DNA of 64,000 nt from an uncultured Candidatus Micrarchaeota archaeon (GCA_963804175.1 CAWDPD010000001.1:62817-126816), one strand, 5' to 3'; shown: positions 27,695 through 36,406, counted from the stretch's first letter. Notes: a model not told the origin generated them from the letters alone. A program made the numbers and translations.

Positions 27695-28417
27695 ATGACC
27701 AGCGGCCAGGAAGTCTCCACTTTTAGTAGTGGCTTGAATCTCCAGGAATTCGTGAAAAATGCGACATGGAGAGAGCTTCTAATCGAACTTATAGAAACAA
27801 ACAGGCTAGACCCCTGGGATATAGACATTATAAAGGTGGTGGACGGCTATATAGCAGCAATAAGAAAGATGCAGATACTCGACCTCCACATACCGGCAAA
27901 CATAATACTAGCGGCATCGATACTGCTTAGGATGAAGAGCGAGACAATAAGCATACTTCAGGCCGATGAGGTTCTTGAAGCTGAGAATGGCATTGCGGAA
28001 AAGAGGGTAATGCCAGAGGTTCCCATGCTTGTTCCTAGGATAAGACTGCAGCCCAAAAGGAAGATAACACTCTCCGAATTGATGGACGCTCTCGGCGATG
28101 CGATCAAGATAAATGAAAAAAGAGAACTGGTAATAAAACAAAGGGCTGAGCCGATAAATATGGTGATAAGCAAGGATGACATAGACGAGAAGATAAATAA
28201 CGCATACAAGCTAGTAATGGAAAGCGCTGACAGAGAGGGATTAACGACATTTGCTCTTCTTTCAAAAAGCTTCAACTCTATAGAGGGCATTTTGCTGAGC
28301 CTTTTCGTGCCATTGCTCATTCTTGCGCACAAGGGGCAGGTAATGCTTATGCAGGACCAGTTCTTTAATGAGATATTTGTGAAACTTTGTGATGCTGATG
28401 GAAGAAAGACAGGGTAG
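27695..28417 (+). CDS. scpA: Segregation and condensation protein A (kleisin)
   Basis: The sequence reads ELLIELIETNRLDPWDIDIIKVVDGYI. Confidence 0.75.
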   Translation: MTSGQEVSTFSSGLNLQEFVKNATWRELLIELIETNRLDPWDIDIIKVVDGYIAAIRKMQILDLHIPANIILAASILLRMKSETISILQADEVLEAENGIAEKRVMPEVPMLVPRIRLQPKRKITLSELMDALGDAIKINEKRELVIKQRAEPINMVISKDDIDEKINNAYKLVMESADREGLTTFALLSKSFNSIEGILLSLFVPLLILAHKGQVMLMQDQFFNEIFVKLCDADGRKTG

Positions 28418-28868
28418 CTCTGATTACAAGAAAACTGTCGAGGCCGCGCTTTTTGTTTCAGGAAGAGCCATGGACCTTGACGAGATAGCGGGCATAGTGG
28501 GTATCGGCTCCGTGGGACATGTAAAAAGGCTGCTCGATGAGCTTGTTGAGGATTACCAGAAAAAGGACAGCGCGCTGGTCATATCAAAGTTAGGGGACAA
28601 GTATGCGCTTGGCGTAAGGAACGAGTATGCCGAGAAGGTCAACTCGCTTGCCGGCTCCCCAGACATATCAAGGAGCTCGCTTAGGATACTTGCCTACATA
28701 AGCAAGAACGAGCCCGTGATGCAGAATGCTGTAGTAAAGGCATTCGGCAGCTCGACATACGAGCACGTGAAGGAGCTGCTTGAAAAGGAATTCATAAGGA
28801 CCATGAAAGTGGGCAGGACAAAGAGGATAGAGACAACAAACAAGTTCAGGGAATATTTCAGCCTCTGA
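28389..28868 (+). CDS. scpB: Segregation and condensation protein B
   Basis: The sequence reads VEAALFVSGRAMDLDEIAGIVG...ALVISKLGDKYAL. The gene overlaps the end of scpA. Confidence 0.75.
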   Translation: MMLMEERQGSSDYKKTVEAALFVSGRAMDLDEIAGIVGIGSVGHVKRLLDELVEDYQKKDSALVISKLGDKYALGVRNEYAEKVNSLAGSPDISRSSLRILAYISKNEPVMQNAVVKAFGSSTYEHVKELLEKEFIRTMKVGRTKRIETTNKFREYFSL

Positions 28869-28906
28869 CTAGGAAACTATTTATAATAAAGGAGCAAATC
28901 CATATC

Positions 28907-29230
28907 ATGGATCTCAAGAATAAGAAATGCAAGCCATGCGAGGGCGGCACCAAGCCTATGAGAAGGAAAGAGGCACTGAAATACCTTAAGTTTGCAAAAG
29001 GATGGAAGCTGAAGGGAAACAGCATATCCCAAGACAAAAAGTTCAAGGATTTCAAGGAGGCTATGAATTTCATAAAAATAGTCGGCGAGATAGCGGAAAG
29101 GGAGGGACATCATCCCGACATACTGCTTCACGATTGGAATCAAGTAAGATTGACGCTTAGCACACATGCGATAAAAGGCCTTTCCATAAATGATTTCATA
29201 GTTGCGGCAAAGGTAAACAATCTGAAATGA
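28907..29230 (+). CDS. Pterin-4-alpha-carbinolamine dehydratase (PCD/DCoH)
   Basis: The sequence reads GEIAEREGHHPDILLHDWNQVRLTLSTHA. Confidence 0.85.
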   Translation: MDLKNKKCKPCEGGTKPMRRKEALKYLKFAKGWKLKGNSISQDKKFKDFKEAMNFIKIVGEIAEREGHHPDILLHDWNQVRLTLSTHAIKGLSINDFIVAAKVNNLK

Positions 29231-29236
29231 TGTAAC

Positions 29237-29308
29237 GGGCTCGTAGTCGAATGGTAAGACGTCTCCCTCACACGGAGAAAATCCGGAGTTCGATTCTCCG
29301 CGGGCCCA
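29237..29308 (+). tRNA. tRNA-Val (anticodon CAC)
   Basis: The sequence GGGCTCGTAGTCGAATGGTAAGACGTCTCCCTCACACGGAGAAAATCCGGAGTTCGATTCTCCGCGGGCCCA folds into a full cloverleaf. Confidence 0.9.
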
Positions 29309-29402
29309 CTCATGCTGGCATCCATATTATTTTACTTAGGCTTCCAATCCTTAGTTTCTTTTGGCCTCGAATAATTGGTATCCTCCAATTACGCTAAGCG
29401 GG

Positions 29403-30080
29403 TTAAGGATAGCCGTAACCTCCAGATGTTGTCGTGGTTGCTGCGGTTGTTGTGGCAGCGCTAGTTGTTGCTACGGAAGTCTGCTTCACTGTGTTTGATG
29501 TGTTGTTTGTCGATTTGGGTGGTATTATCAATTGCGGGACATTCAGGACATACCATATCTTTTGGATTCCCTGGCCCTTGACAGATCCGGCGACCTTGTC
29601 CCCAGCATAATAGTAGACAGGATAACCCATGTAGGTCAGCTGTTTTGTGCCATCAGTCCTTGTTATTGTATTGAAATTTGATGCGCTGAGTGTTGGTGGA
29701 AGTACAAGGCTGTTTGCGGTATATGAAACTGGCGGCCAATAGGTCGCGCAGCTACCATAGCATGTACTGTTTCCGCTGTTGGGCGTATCCGGAGTGTATA
29801 GGTATAGCGTGAAACCTGTTGCGTTGACGAGATAGTTACCTACAGTCGCGTTATAAGAGATATTTATGCTAAACGCTTTCATTGTCGTGTTTTTGTTGAT
29901 TGCCTGAACTACTGTGGTAGTAGCGACTGTTGAATATTGGGATGTTTTTGATGCGCTCTGGTTGGCGCTGTTCTTTGAGCCGTTCAAGGAGTATATGCCG
30001 CCATTTGTAAGAACATACGCTCCTGCCGCAACTATAATAATGACTATGATTGCCCCCACAACTGCAATTGCTTTGTTCAT
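29403..30080 (-). CDS. Secreted/anchored protein with two Y-x-[FY]-x-x-D 'secreted repeat of unknown function' units
   Basis: The repeats are GFTLYLYTPD...CYGSCATYWPP and LTYMGYPVYYYAGD (COG4315-like). The protein has an N-terminal signal anchor and a Thr/Ala-rich tail. Confidence 0.6.
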   Translation of the reverse strand: MNKAIAVVGAIIVIIIVAAGAYVLTNGGIYSLNGSKNSANQSASKTSQYSTVATTTVVQAINKNTTMKAFSINISYNATVGNYLVNATGFTLYLYTPDTPNSGNSTCYGSCATYWPPVSYTANSLVLPPTLSASNFNTITRTDGTKQLTYMGYPVYYYAGDKVAGSVKGQGIQKIWYVLNVPQLIIPPKSTNNTSNTVKQTSVATTSAATTTAATTTTSGGYGYP

Positions 30081-30346
30081 AAAATCACTTGTTTAATATT
30101 TATAGCAATTAAACGTGAATCTATAAAAAGGTTGTTAAAGGGCGCTGAGGATAAGTTAAACATTTTCGGAAATGTTTAATAAAAAATATTATATTTTCTA
30201 AAAACGTCATAATCTGTGTTTTAAGGCACAGATGTTCGTTTTAGAAATATATACGAAAAGTGTTCGAATGCACCTAAACTTATGCTTTGGTTTTTATACT
30301 AAAAGTGATTGTGTGAAGCTAGAAAACGATGACAGAAGCTTAAAGA

Positions 30347-30394
30347 GTCACGTTGACAACGTGAAGATACGGAGTTCAAATCTCCGCGGGCCCA
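30347..30394 (+). other. Orphan 3' half of a tRNA-Val(GAC)-like gene (anticodon arm to discriminator), no 5' half nearby
   Basis: The sequence is GTCACGTTGACAACGTGAAGATACGGAGTTCAAATCTCCGCGGGCCCA. The first 21 nt are identical to the resident tRNA-Val(GAC) at 17958-18029. The T stem differs by a compensatory pair (A-T to C-G). Confidence 0.7.
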
Positions 30395-30397
30395 AAT

Positions 30398-30425
30398 TTA
30401 AGTACATTGAACTCAGATTCGACTG
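30398..30425. repeat. Left copy of a 28-nt imperfect direct repeat flanking the RelE cassette
   Basis: TTAAGTACATTGAACTCAGATTCGACTG compares with TTAAGTCCATCGAACTCAGACGCTGCTG at 30999-31026, giving about 21 of 28 identical by eye. Confidence 0.55.
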
Positions 30426-30460
30426 TATCGGAATAGAATCCAACAGACTTATCAGATAGG

Positions 30461-30469
30461 TTTATATAT
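30461..30469 (+). promoter_or_regulatory. TATA-box-like element upstream of the antitoxin-toxin pair
   Basis: TTTATATAT lies about 30 nt upstream of ATG 30499. Confidence 0.35.
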
Positions 30470-30498
30470 CTGTTATACATATGTTATATAGTGATTAT

Positions 30499-30738
30499 AT
30501 GACTTACACTACAATACAGATAACTAAAATAACAAGAGAAAAACTGAATAAGCTTAAACCCTATAGGAGGGCCACGTATGACGAAGTAATAGATGCGCTT
30601 ATGGCACTTATACCTGAAGGTGACGATGAAGGTAAATATACTACTGAATTCAGAAGCTCGCTAATCCGGGGCTTACTTGATATAAAGAACGGCAGAACTT
30701 ATACTGCTGCGGAGCTAAAGAAACAACTAGGGATATAG
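30499..30738 (+). CDS. Putative antitoxin (ribbon-helix-helix-like N-terminus) of the RelE pair
   Basis: The sequence MTYTTIQITKITREKLNKLK... lies directly upstream of, and abuts, the RelE-like gene. The tracked ORF starts at 30481. Confidence 0.55.
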   Translation: MTYTTIQITKITREKLNKLKPYRRATYDEVIDALMALIPEGDDEGKYTTEFRSSLIRGLLDIKNGRTYTAAELKKQLGI

Positions 30739-30998
30739 TGCCAGTTTTTGAATTGGAATATTCGGCAGAAGCACTATCTCAATTGAAAAGGCTCGATAAA
30801 ACAATAATTAAAAGAATAATAAAGAAAATAGAAGGCGCACGAACTAATCCATACCAATATTTCAAAAGGTTAACTGGCAGGCCGGAATACAAGTTAAGAG
30901 TCGGAGATTATAGAATTATTGCAGATATAGAACAAGGTAAAAAGATCATATTTGTTAGGTCCATCGGTCACAGACGGGATATTTATCAAAAACTTTAG
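30738..30998 (+). CDS. relE: RelE/ParE-family type II toxin
   Basis: The sequence reads YKLRVGDYRIIADIEQGKKIIFVRSIGHRRDIY. The GTG start overlaps the antitoxin stop. Confidence 0.8.
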   Translation: MPVFELEYSAEALSQLKRLDKTIIKRIIKKIEGARTNPYQYFKRLTGRPEYKLRVGDYRIIADIEQGKKIIFVRSIGHRRDIYQKL

Positions 30999-31026
30999 TT
31001 AAGTCCATCGAACTCAGACGCTGCTG
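30999..31026. repeat. Right copy of the 28-nt imperfect direct repeat, followed by a tRNA-3'-end-like CCGCGGACCCACCA (31029-31042)
   Basis: See the left copy at 30398-30425. The trailing 11-mer differs by 1 nt from the CCGCGGGCCCA ends of the tRNA-Val gene and fragment. Confidence 0.55.
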
Positions 31027-31063
31027 AACCGCGGACCCACCAGCGAAAATATAGGTATTTTGT

Positions 31064-31573
31064 ATGAGAGAAAGTTTGAGTAAAAAGGTTGGCCGTATCG
31101 ATACTGCTAGCCTTTTGAGAAAGGTAGGGGATTACAATGGATTTCTTACCTTGGAAGAATTAGATAAAAGAGCCCTTCAGCTATCAAAAACAGTAAATGA
31201 ACTTAAAGAGCCAAATCCATGGTTTTACTTGATGAGTGATAGAAAGAGGCAATGGGATACAAGAACTGACGCGATGAAGAATTTTATAATTTCTTCTCAT
31301 GAATTTGACAGACAGGCTACAAAAGCTGAAGTATTTGATGGAATACTGGGTTCTTACTTTTATCAAGGCGGACTTCTGTTTGGGCAAGTAAGGAGAGCAG
31401 CATTGGATTCAGGTTTGGACCAAAATGAGATTAGCATGCTAGATGGTAAAATAAAGGAATGCAGTAAAATAATCAACTCTAAAACAGATTGGGAAGTTTT
31501 ACCAATTAAGAAACTGGTTCAGTTACAATTGGCTGTTCTATTCGAGACAGTCAATGCCATTTCTAGGAATTAA
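31064..31573 (+). CDS. Hypothetical protein (169 aa)
   Basis: This is a clean ORF in an AT-rich block. No family was recognised. Confidence 0.45.
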   Translation: MRESLSKKVGRIDTASLLRKVGDYNGFLTLEELDKRALQLSKTVNELKEPNPWFYLMSDRKRQWDTRTDAMKNFIISSHEFDRQATKAEVFDGILGSYFYQGGLLFGQVRRAALDSGLDQNEISMLDGKIKECSKIINSKTDWEVLPIKKLVQLQLAVLFETVNAISRN

Positions 31574-31593
31574 TTAGATATTTGAGGTGAAAT

Positions 31594-32250
31594 ATGCCAA
31601 ATAGAAAATTTCAAACGTTTGATTCCAAATCGGTGTGGAAAAAGGGAGTGCACCACCTAAGAAAAAACGACAGGGTGCTTGACAAAATAATAGATGATAT
31701 AGGAACCATAAAGATAGGACCTAGATCGGGAGACCCATACAGTGCATTGATCCGAATGTTCGTATACCAGCAGATAGCCGGTTCCGCTGCAGCTTCCATA
31801 CTCAAGAAGTTTGAGAAACTGTACGGTGGAAGGCTCCCCACGCCAAAGGAATTCCTAAAAACTCCCGAAAAGAAAGTCAGGAGTGCGGGGATATCGCCGC
31901 AAAAGTATTCGTATATAAAGGATTTGTGCGAAAGGGTGACAAATAAAAAATTGGCCCTTGAAACCTTGGAGACTCTAGATGATGATGAGGTAATTTCGAT
32001 ATTGGACGAGGTCAGGGGCATAGGAAGATGGACGGCAGAGGCATTCCTTATGTTCAACCTAAGGAGGGTGAATGTATTTCCCGCAGATGATTTGGGGTTA
32101 ATGAATGCAGTCAAGAAGGCCTACAGACTAAAAAACCGGCCAGATAAGAAAAGGCTGCAAGAGCTGTCCATAAGATGGGAGCCTTACAAGTCGATAGCGG
32201 CCATGTACCTTTGGAGGAGTTTGGATTCCGCTAAAGAAAAATCCAAATGA
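31594..32250 (+). CDS. alkA: DNA-3-methyladenine glycosylase II (AlkA-like, HhH-GPD)
   Basis: The sequence reads VRGIGRWTAEAFLMFNLRRVNVFPADDLGLMNAV. Confidence 0.8.
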   Translation: MPNRKFQTFDSKSVWKKGVHHLRKNDRVLDKIIDDIGTIKIGPRSGDPYSALIRMFVYQQIAGSAAASILKKFEKLYGGRLPTPKEFLKTPEKKVRSAGISPQKYSYIKDLCERVTNKKLALETLETLDDDEVISILDEVRGIGRWTAEAFLMFNLRRVNVFPADDLGLMNAVKKAYRLKNRPDKKRLQELSIRWEPYKSIAAMYLWRSLDSAKEKSK

Positions 32251-32280
32251 CCATGAAATTATATCAGTGCTTAAGTACCT

Positions 32281-33051
32281 ATGAAACCTATTATATTTGG
32301 CGATGGCATGGATGTTAAGGACAATACAATCCTGATTACCGGAGGAGCCACGGGCATAGGCTTTGCACTTGCTGAGGCGTTAAGCAAAATTGGCAACAAT
32401 GTGATAATATGCGGGAGAAGGGAGGACAGGTTGAAAGAGGCGCAGCAGAAGCTTCCCGATATACACATAAAAAAATGCGACATATCAAAGCCTGATGACC
32501 AGAGAATGCTCTACGAATGGGTAAAATTGGAATTCAGAGACCTGAACATGCTTATCAACAACGCAGGCATACAAAGAAAAATAGATTTCAGGAAAGGAAT
32601 AGAGGATCTTATGACAAGCGAGGACGAGATAAACACCAACCTTAAGGCACAGATATATCTTTCCGCGTATTTTATACCAATTCTTTCTACCCAGAAGGAA
32701 TCAGCAATAGTAAACGTATCCTCAGGGCTTGGTTTTGCGCCCTTGGCCGTGTTTCCGGTATACTGCGCAACAAAGGCTGCAATGCACTCTTTCAGCATGT
32801 CGCTCAGACACCAATTGAGGGAAACTCCGATAAAGGTATTCGAGGTAATACCGCCAACTGTCTACGACACGGAGCTGAAGGGCCATATGCTGGAGAAAAC
32901 GGAGTGGAGCTCATCCTCTGTAGAGGTTGCAGAAGCAGTAGTGAAAGGGCTTGAGAACAACGAATATGAGATTGCCATCGGGGCCTCGCAGAACATGAGG
33001 AAAGGCTCAAGGGAGGAGCTTGACGGCGCATTCAGAAGGATGAACCAGTAG
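32281..33051 (+). CDS. Short-chain dehydrogenase/reductase (classical SDR)
   Basis: The motifs are ILITGGATGIGFALAEAL, NNAG and YCATKAAMHSF (YxxxK). Confidence 0.85.
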   Translation: MKPIIFGDGMDVKDNTILITGGATGIGFALAEALSKIGNNVIICGRREDRLKEAQQKLPDIHIKKCDISKPDDQRMLYEWVKLEFRDLNMLINNAGIQRKIDFRKGIEDLMTSEDEINTNLKAQIYLSAYFIPILSTQKESAIVNVSSGLGFAPLAVFPVYCATKAAMHSFSMSLRHQLRETPIKVFEVIPPTVYDTELKGHMLEKTEWSSSSVEVAEAVVKGLENNEYEIAIGASQNMRKGSREELDGAFRRMNQ

Positions 33052-33222
33052 TTTGTCGGGTAATCCGGTAAACCGAATTGCGGCTCAGGTTTTTATATCA
33101 TAGGCAGCTTAACCATACCCAGTAGAGAGCAGCAAGTCAATTCAAGTTCGCTGATTACAGTATTAGCTCACGAGGCTAGATTTCTGCAATGCAGCGACAA
33201 TGCTACAAGACAACGTGATAAC

Positions 33223-33816
33223 ATGATGAGCACAAAACCGCACGTAGACAGGCACAAAGATCAGAGCCAGCTCATGGCAAAGGCGAAAAGCACGCGCTCG
33301 AATGAGGAGATGCTTCACATCGCCAAAACAGAGTGCAACATGAGGATAGTGGCAGCGTTGGGGACAAACCCTAAATTAACTGCTGATGCACAAAAGACCG
33401 TGCTTGATCGCATTTATTCCAAGGATCATGACAGGCTTAGGGACCAGTACGATCTTTTTGAGATCGCATTGGCGGATAACCCAGTGGCATCAAAGGAATC
33501 CCTGCACACGATCGCCTTCTCGGGCAGAAGCCAGTTAGCAAAAACCGGCATAATAAGACGAGGGGATTCAGTTGAATTGCAGGCAATATTGATCAAAGAC
33601 CACAGAGTATGGCTGGCCCTTTCAGAGGCAAAGGAGCTGCTTCCGCAGGTCAGGGAGGTTCTCTTGACATCCGGCAACGAAAAGGTGAGGACAGCAATGA
33701 GAGAGAGGCAGGACGCCAAGGATGCTGCTCTTAAGGGGCTAAAAAGAGCAGAGCCGGAACAGCACCAGCATAGGCAGCCAGGTTTCACGCTAAGGGCAGC
33801 TACAGCTGAAAACTAA
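33223..33816 (+). CDS. Hypothetical helical-repeat protein (197 aa)
   Basis: The protein has repeated ...NP.L....Q..L.. helix-turn units (TNPKLTADAQKTVL, ADNPVASKESLHTIA). No confident family was recognised. Confidence 0.45.
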   Translation: MMSTKPHVDRHKDQSQLMAKAKSTRSNEEMLHIAKTECNMRIVAALGTNPKLTADAQKTVLDRIYSKDHDRLRDQYDLFEIALADNPVASKESLHTIAFSGRSQLAKTGIIRRGDSVELQAILIKDHRVWLALSEAKELLPQVREVLLTSGNEKVRTAMRERQDAKDAALKGLKRAEPEQHQHRQPGFTLRAATAEN

Positions 33817-33866
33817 AACATAATAATAAATAAATAGTACCAAGTACCAATTAGATGTGTGGTTTC

Positions 33867-34142
33867 ATGGCAGACAAGATAAGGTGCGCGCATATACTGG
33901 TAGCAAAGGAATCAACAGCAAAGGAAGTGCTGGACAAACTTTCGAAGGGCGAGGGCTTCGGCAGGCTTGCCGAGCAGTATTCGACAGACGGCACAAGAAA
34001 GCATGGCGGTGACCTAGGCTTCTTCGGGCATGGTATGATGGTAAGGGAATTCGAGAAGGCGGCATTTGAGCTCCAGAAGGGGCAGACATCGGGAATAGTA
34101 AAGACGCAGTTCGGCTACCACATAATCAAGCGTCTGGATTAA
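33867..34142 (+). CDS. Parvulin-type peptidyl-prolyl cis-trans isomerase (PpiC)
   Basis: The sequence reads IRCAHILV...GGDLGFFGHGMMVREFEKAAFEL...GIVKTQFGYHIIKR. Confidence 0.85.
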   Translation: MADKIRCAHILVAKESTAKEVLDKLSKGEGFGRLAEQYSTDGTRKHGGDLGFFGHGMMVREFEKAAFELQKGQTSGIVKTQFGYHIIKRLD

Positions 34143-34221
34143 TTCTTTGTCGAGAGAAGCTGATTTTCAATTCAGTTTGGTTATCTAAAAAGATTGGATT
34201 AAAGGAATTGTTAAGGAAAGA

Positions 34222-34229
34222 TTTATATA
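34222..34229 (+). promoter_or_regulatory. TATA-box-like element upstream of the vapBC pair
   Basis: TTTATATA lies about 30 nt upstream of ATG 34259. Confidence 0.35.
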
Positions 34230-34258
34230 CTCGTATATACCATATATATTATGATTAT

Positions 34259-34507
34259 ATGGAATATAAAGAAGCAATACTGATAAAAATCGATATATCA
34301 ACTAAAAAAAAGATGAAAGAAGCAAAACTAAATTGGTCTGCTGAGATTAGGAAATTTATATCGGAAAGGTTAAAGACAAAAGATGAAAAAAATCTTGCAA
34401 GAGCTGTAGCAACTACAGATAGACTTTTTAGAAAAATAAAGAAATTTGATAGTACAGAAGTGATAAGGAAAATGAGGGATACTAGGTATGGACCAAATAG
34501 TAATTGA
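34259..34507 (+). CDS. vapB: VapB-like antitoxin
   Basis: This small ORF (MEYKEAILIKIDISTKKKMKEAKLNWSAEIRKFISERL...) overlaps the start of the PIN gene. The tracked ORF starts earlier at a TTG (34208). Confidence 0.55.
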   Translation: MEYKEAILIKIDISTKKKMKEAKLNWSAEIRKFISERLKTKDEKNLARAVATTDRLFRKIKKFDSTEVIRKMRDTRYGPNSN

Positions 34508-34904
34508 TGCTAGTGTTTTTGTGAAACTAATATCAGACGAGACATATTCAGATAAAGCTTACGAGATAAGAGATGCATATATATCAAAGAAGTTAGATAT
34601 ATTAGTCCCTTCGCTGTTCCCTTATGAAGTCTTAAATGCATTAAAATATTCAAAGGCTTTTAATGAACTAGAATTAGAGAACGCTGCAGATGCTATAGAA
34701 GATTACGGGTTTGGCAATTTTGAAATGAATAGAGAATTTGGCAAACTAATTGCAAAATTAGTAACGAAATATAATATTACAGTGTATGATGCATCTTATG
34801 TCGCACTTGCAACTATGATTAAATCGGAATTATATACAACAGATCAGAAGTTAATAGATAAAATAAACATTGATTTTGTTAAACATTTAAAGGATTTCAA
34901 ATAA
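34488..34904 (+). CDS. vapC: PIN-domain ribonuclease toxin VapC
   Basis: The protein has MDQIVIDASVFVKL (first acidic residue)...PYEVLNAL...VYDASYVALA...LYTTDQKL. The block is very AT-rich. Confidence 0.8.
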   Translation: MDQIVIDASVFVKLISDETYSDKAYEIRDAYISKKLDILVPSLFPYEVLNALKYSKAFNELELENAADAIEDYGFGNFEMNREFGKLIAKLVTKYNITVYDASYVALATMIKSELYTTDQKLIDKINIDFVKHLKDFK

Positions 34905-34965
34905 ATAGTAATTTAGATGACAAGAAAATTTTACTAAACCAAACTGTTTTTCTTTTACCATATAA

Positions 34966-35496
34966 TCAAGCGCTTGGAGTAGTATTCGGTTTTTTATTAC
35001 ATATTATACCAAAAATCTTTTGTGCAGATAAAGATGCATCAATGAACTCGAAGCCTTCCTTTTTTGCCCTCTCTTCTACAGGCTTTATCCAGCTTAAGAT
35101 TAATTTCCGCTGTTTAGCGGGTTTACCAAAGTCATGCTCTCTGTTTTTGTTTTTAATTCGCTTTACTATAAGATCTTTATCGGCATGTAAGTAGTATGCC
35201 TTATTGAAAAGCGAAACAAAATCATGCATATTGTTTGCTGATCCAAAAAGATAAACTTCTTTATTCTTTTTCAGTATCTTTTTTAGCTTTATACCGTCCC
35301 ATTCCCATTCTATCCCGGATAATTGTTCCCATTCTCTTTTTGTAGGTTCTCTTGGCTTTCCAGTTTTCTTATCAATCCATCTTCCTACGATTTCATCAGC
35401 ATCGTAGGCATTTTTACCCCTTTTCTTAAAGTATCTTGATAGATAAGTTTTTCCAGTTGCAGGTAAACCTGATATAAGGATATGTTTTGTTTTCAT
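34966..35496 (-). CDS. Small P-loop NTPase/kinase-like protein
   Basis: The Walker A motif is ILISGLPATGKTYL. The protein has 176 aa and lies in the AT-rich block next to vapBC. The specific family was not resolved. Confidence 0.55.
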   Translation of the reverse strand: MKTKHILISGLPATGKTYLSRYFKKRGKNAYDADEIVGRWIDKKTGKPREPTKREWEQLSGIEWEWDGIKLKKILKKNKEVYLFGSANNMHDFVSLFNKAYYLHADKDLIVKRIKNKNREHDFGKPAKQRKLILSWIKPVEERAKKEGFEFIDASLSAQKIFGIICNKKPNTTPSA

Positions 35497-35526
35497 TGGA
35501 TATTACCAGGCCAAATGTAGAGCTGC

Positions 35527-36402
35527 TCATTTCTTACCCTGGAACGCAAAACCTAATGTAAGATAGACAAGCTTTGCAGCAAGATAGTTTGGGGCCATCA
35601 GCCCGGGTATGGGGTTAAGCTCAACGAAGTCCATGCCGATAATGTTCTTTTTTCTTGTTACTCCTTTTATTATCTCCTTTAGCTCGTAGAAGTTTAGACC
35701 GTCAGGCTCTGGAGTTCCCACGCTGGGCATCTCGCTCGGGTCAAGCACATCAAGATCAATGCTTAGATATATGCTGTCATGCGTTTTCTCGATTATGGAT
35801 CTGATTATATCTATTGTTTTCATTTCATGGATGTCATTCATGTAGAGTATGTTCTTCCCGTACCTCTTTGCGCTCTGCTCATCTATGCTTCTCACCCCAA
35901 CGCTGTAGGTGCTGCAAAGCTCGCCTGCCCTCGCTACAACGCAGGCATGGCAGAACCTGGAGCCGTTGAGGCTATCCCTTGAGTCTGCGTGCGCATCAAA
36001 GTGGAGAAAGCTGATCTTTTTGCTTGATTCTGATATAGGCCTTAGGCTTCCCAAGGATATCGTGTGCTCGCCGCCTATCAGCAGGGGCATCTTCCTGTCG
36101 TCCAGGATGGGGCGGATTTCCCCCTCTATCCTTTTCACCATGTTCTCTGGTGAACTTATATCCGGTGCTATTTCCTCCGTGGTATATATACCGATCTTGC
36201 TTATGTCTGCGCCGAGCTCCTCGCTGTAGAGCTCGATGTTCCTGCTTGCCTCTATGATTGCATGCGGGCCCTCCCTTGTCCCTGACCTGTACGTGGTTGT
36301 AGAGTCGTATGGAACTGGAATTGCAACTACCTTTGCCTTTTTGTAGTTCTGCTCCTCAAGTCCGAAGAGGTTGTACGGAGGCAGCGAGTTTAGTATCTTC
36401 AT
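35527..36402 (-). CDS. speB: Agmatinase (arginase/ureohydrolase family)
   Basis: The Mn-binding motifs are LHFDAHADS, GGEHTIS and SIDLDVLDPS. Confidence 0.85.
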   Translation of the reverse strand: MKILNSLPPYNLFGLEEQNYKKAKVVAIPVPYDSTTTYRSGTREGPHAIIEASRNIELYSEELGADISKIGIYTTEEIAPDISSPENMVKRIEGEIRPILDDRKMPLLIGGEHTISLGSLRPISESSKKISFLHFDAHADSRDSLNGSRFCHACVVARAGELCSTYSVGVRSIDEQSAKRYGKNILYMNDIHEMKTIDIIRSIIEKTHDSIYLSIDLDVLDPSEMPSVGTPEPDGLNFYELKEIIKGVTRKKNIIGMDFVELNPIPGLMAPNYLAAKLVYLTLGFAFQGKK

Positions 36403-36406
36403 TAGA

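Noticed and set aside
30340-30394. The tRNA-Val 3' fragment might be one half of a Nanoarchaeum-style split tRNA gene.
   Set aside because: The fragment includes the complete anticodon stem-loop rather than starting after position 37. There is no GC-rich complementary leader, and no 5' half is in the window. The idea is kept only as something to exclude (see the finding).
30232-30459. A 75-aa tracked ORF overlaps the tRNA-Val 3' fragment and the left 28-nt repeat.
   Set aside because: It reads straight through tRNA-derived sequence and AT-rich intergenic DNA, and it shows no family resemblance. It is most likely non-coding.
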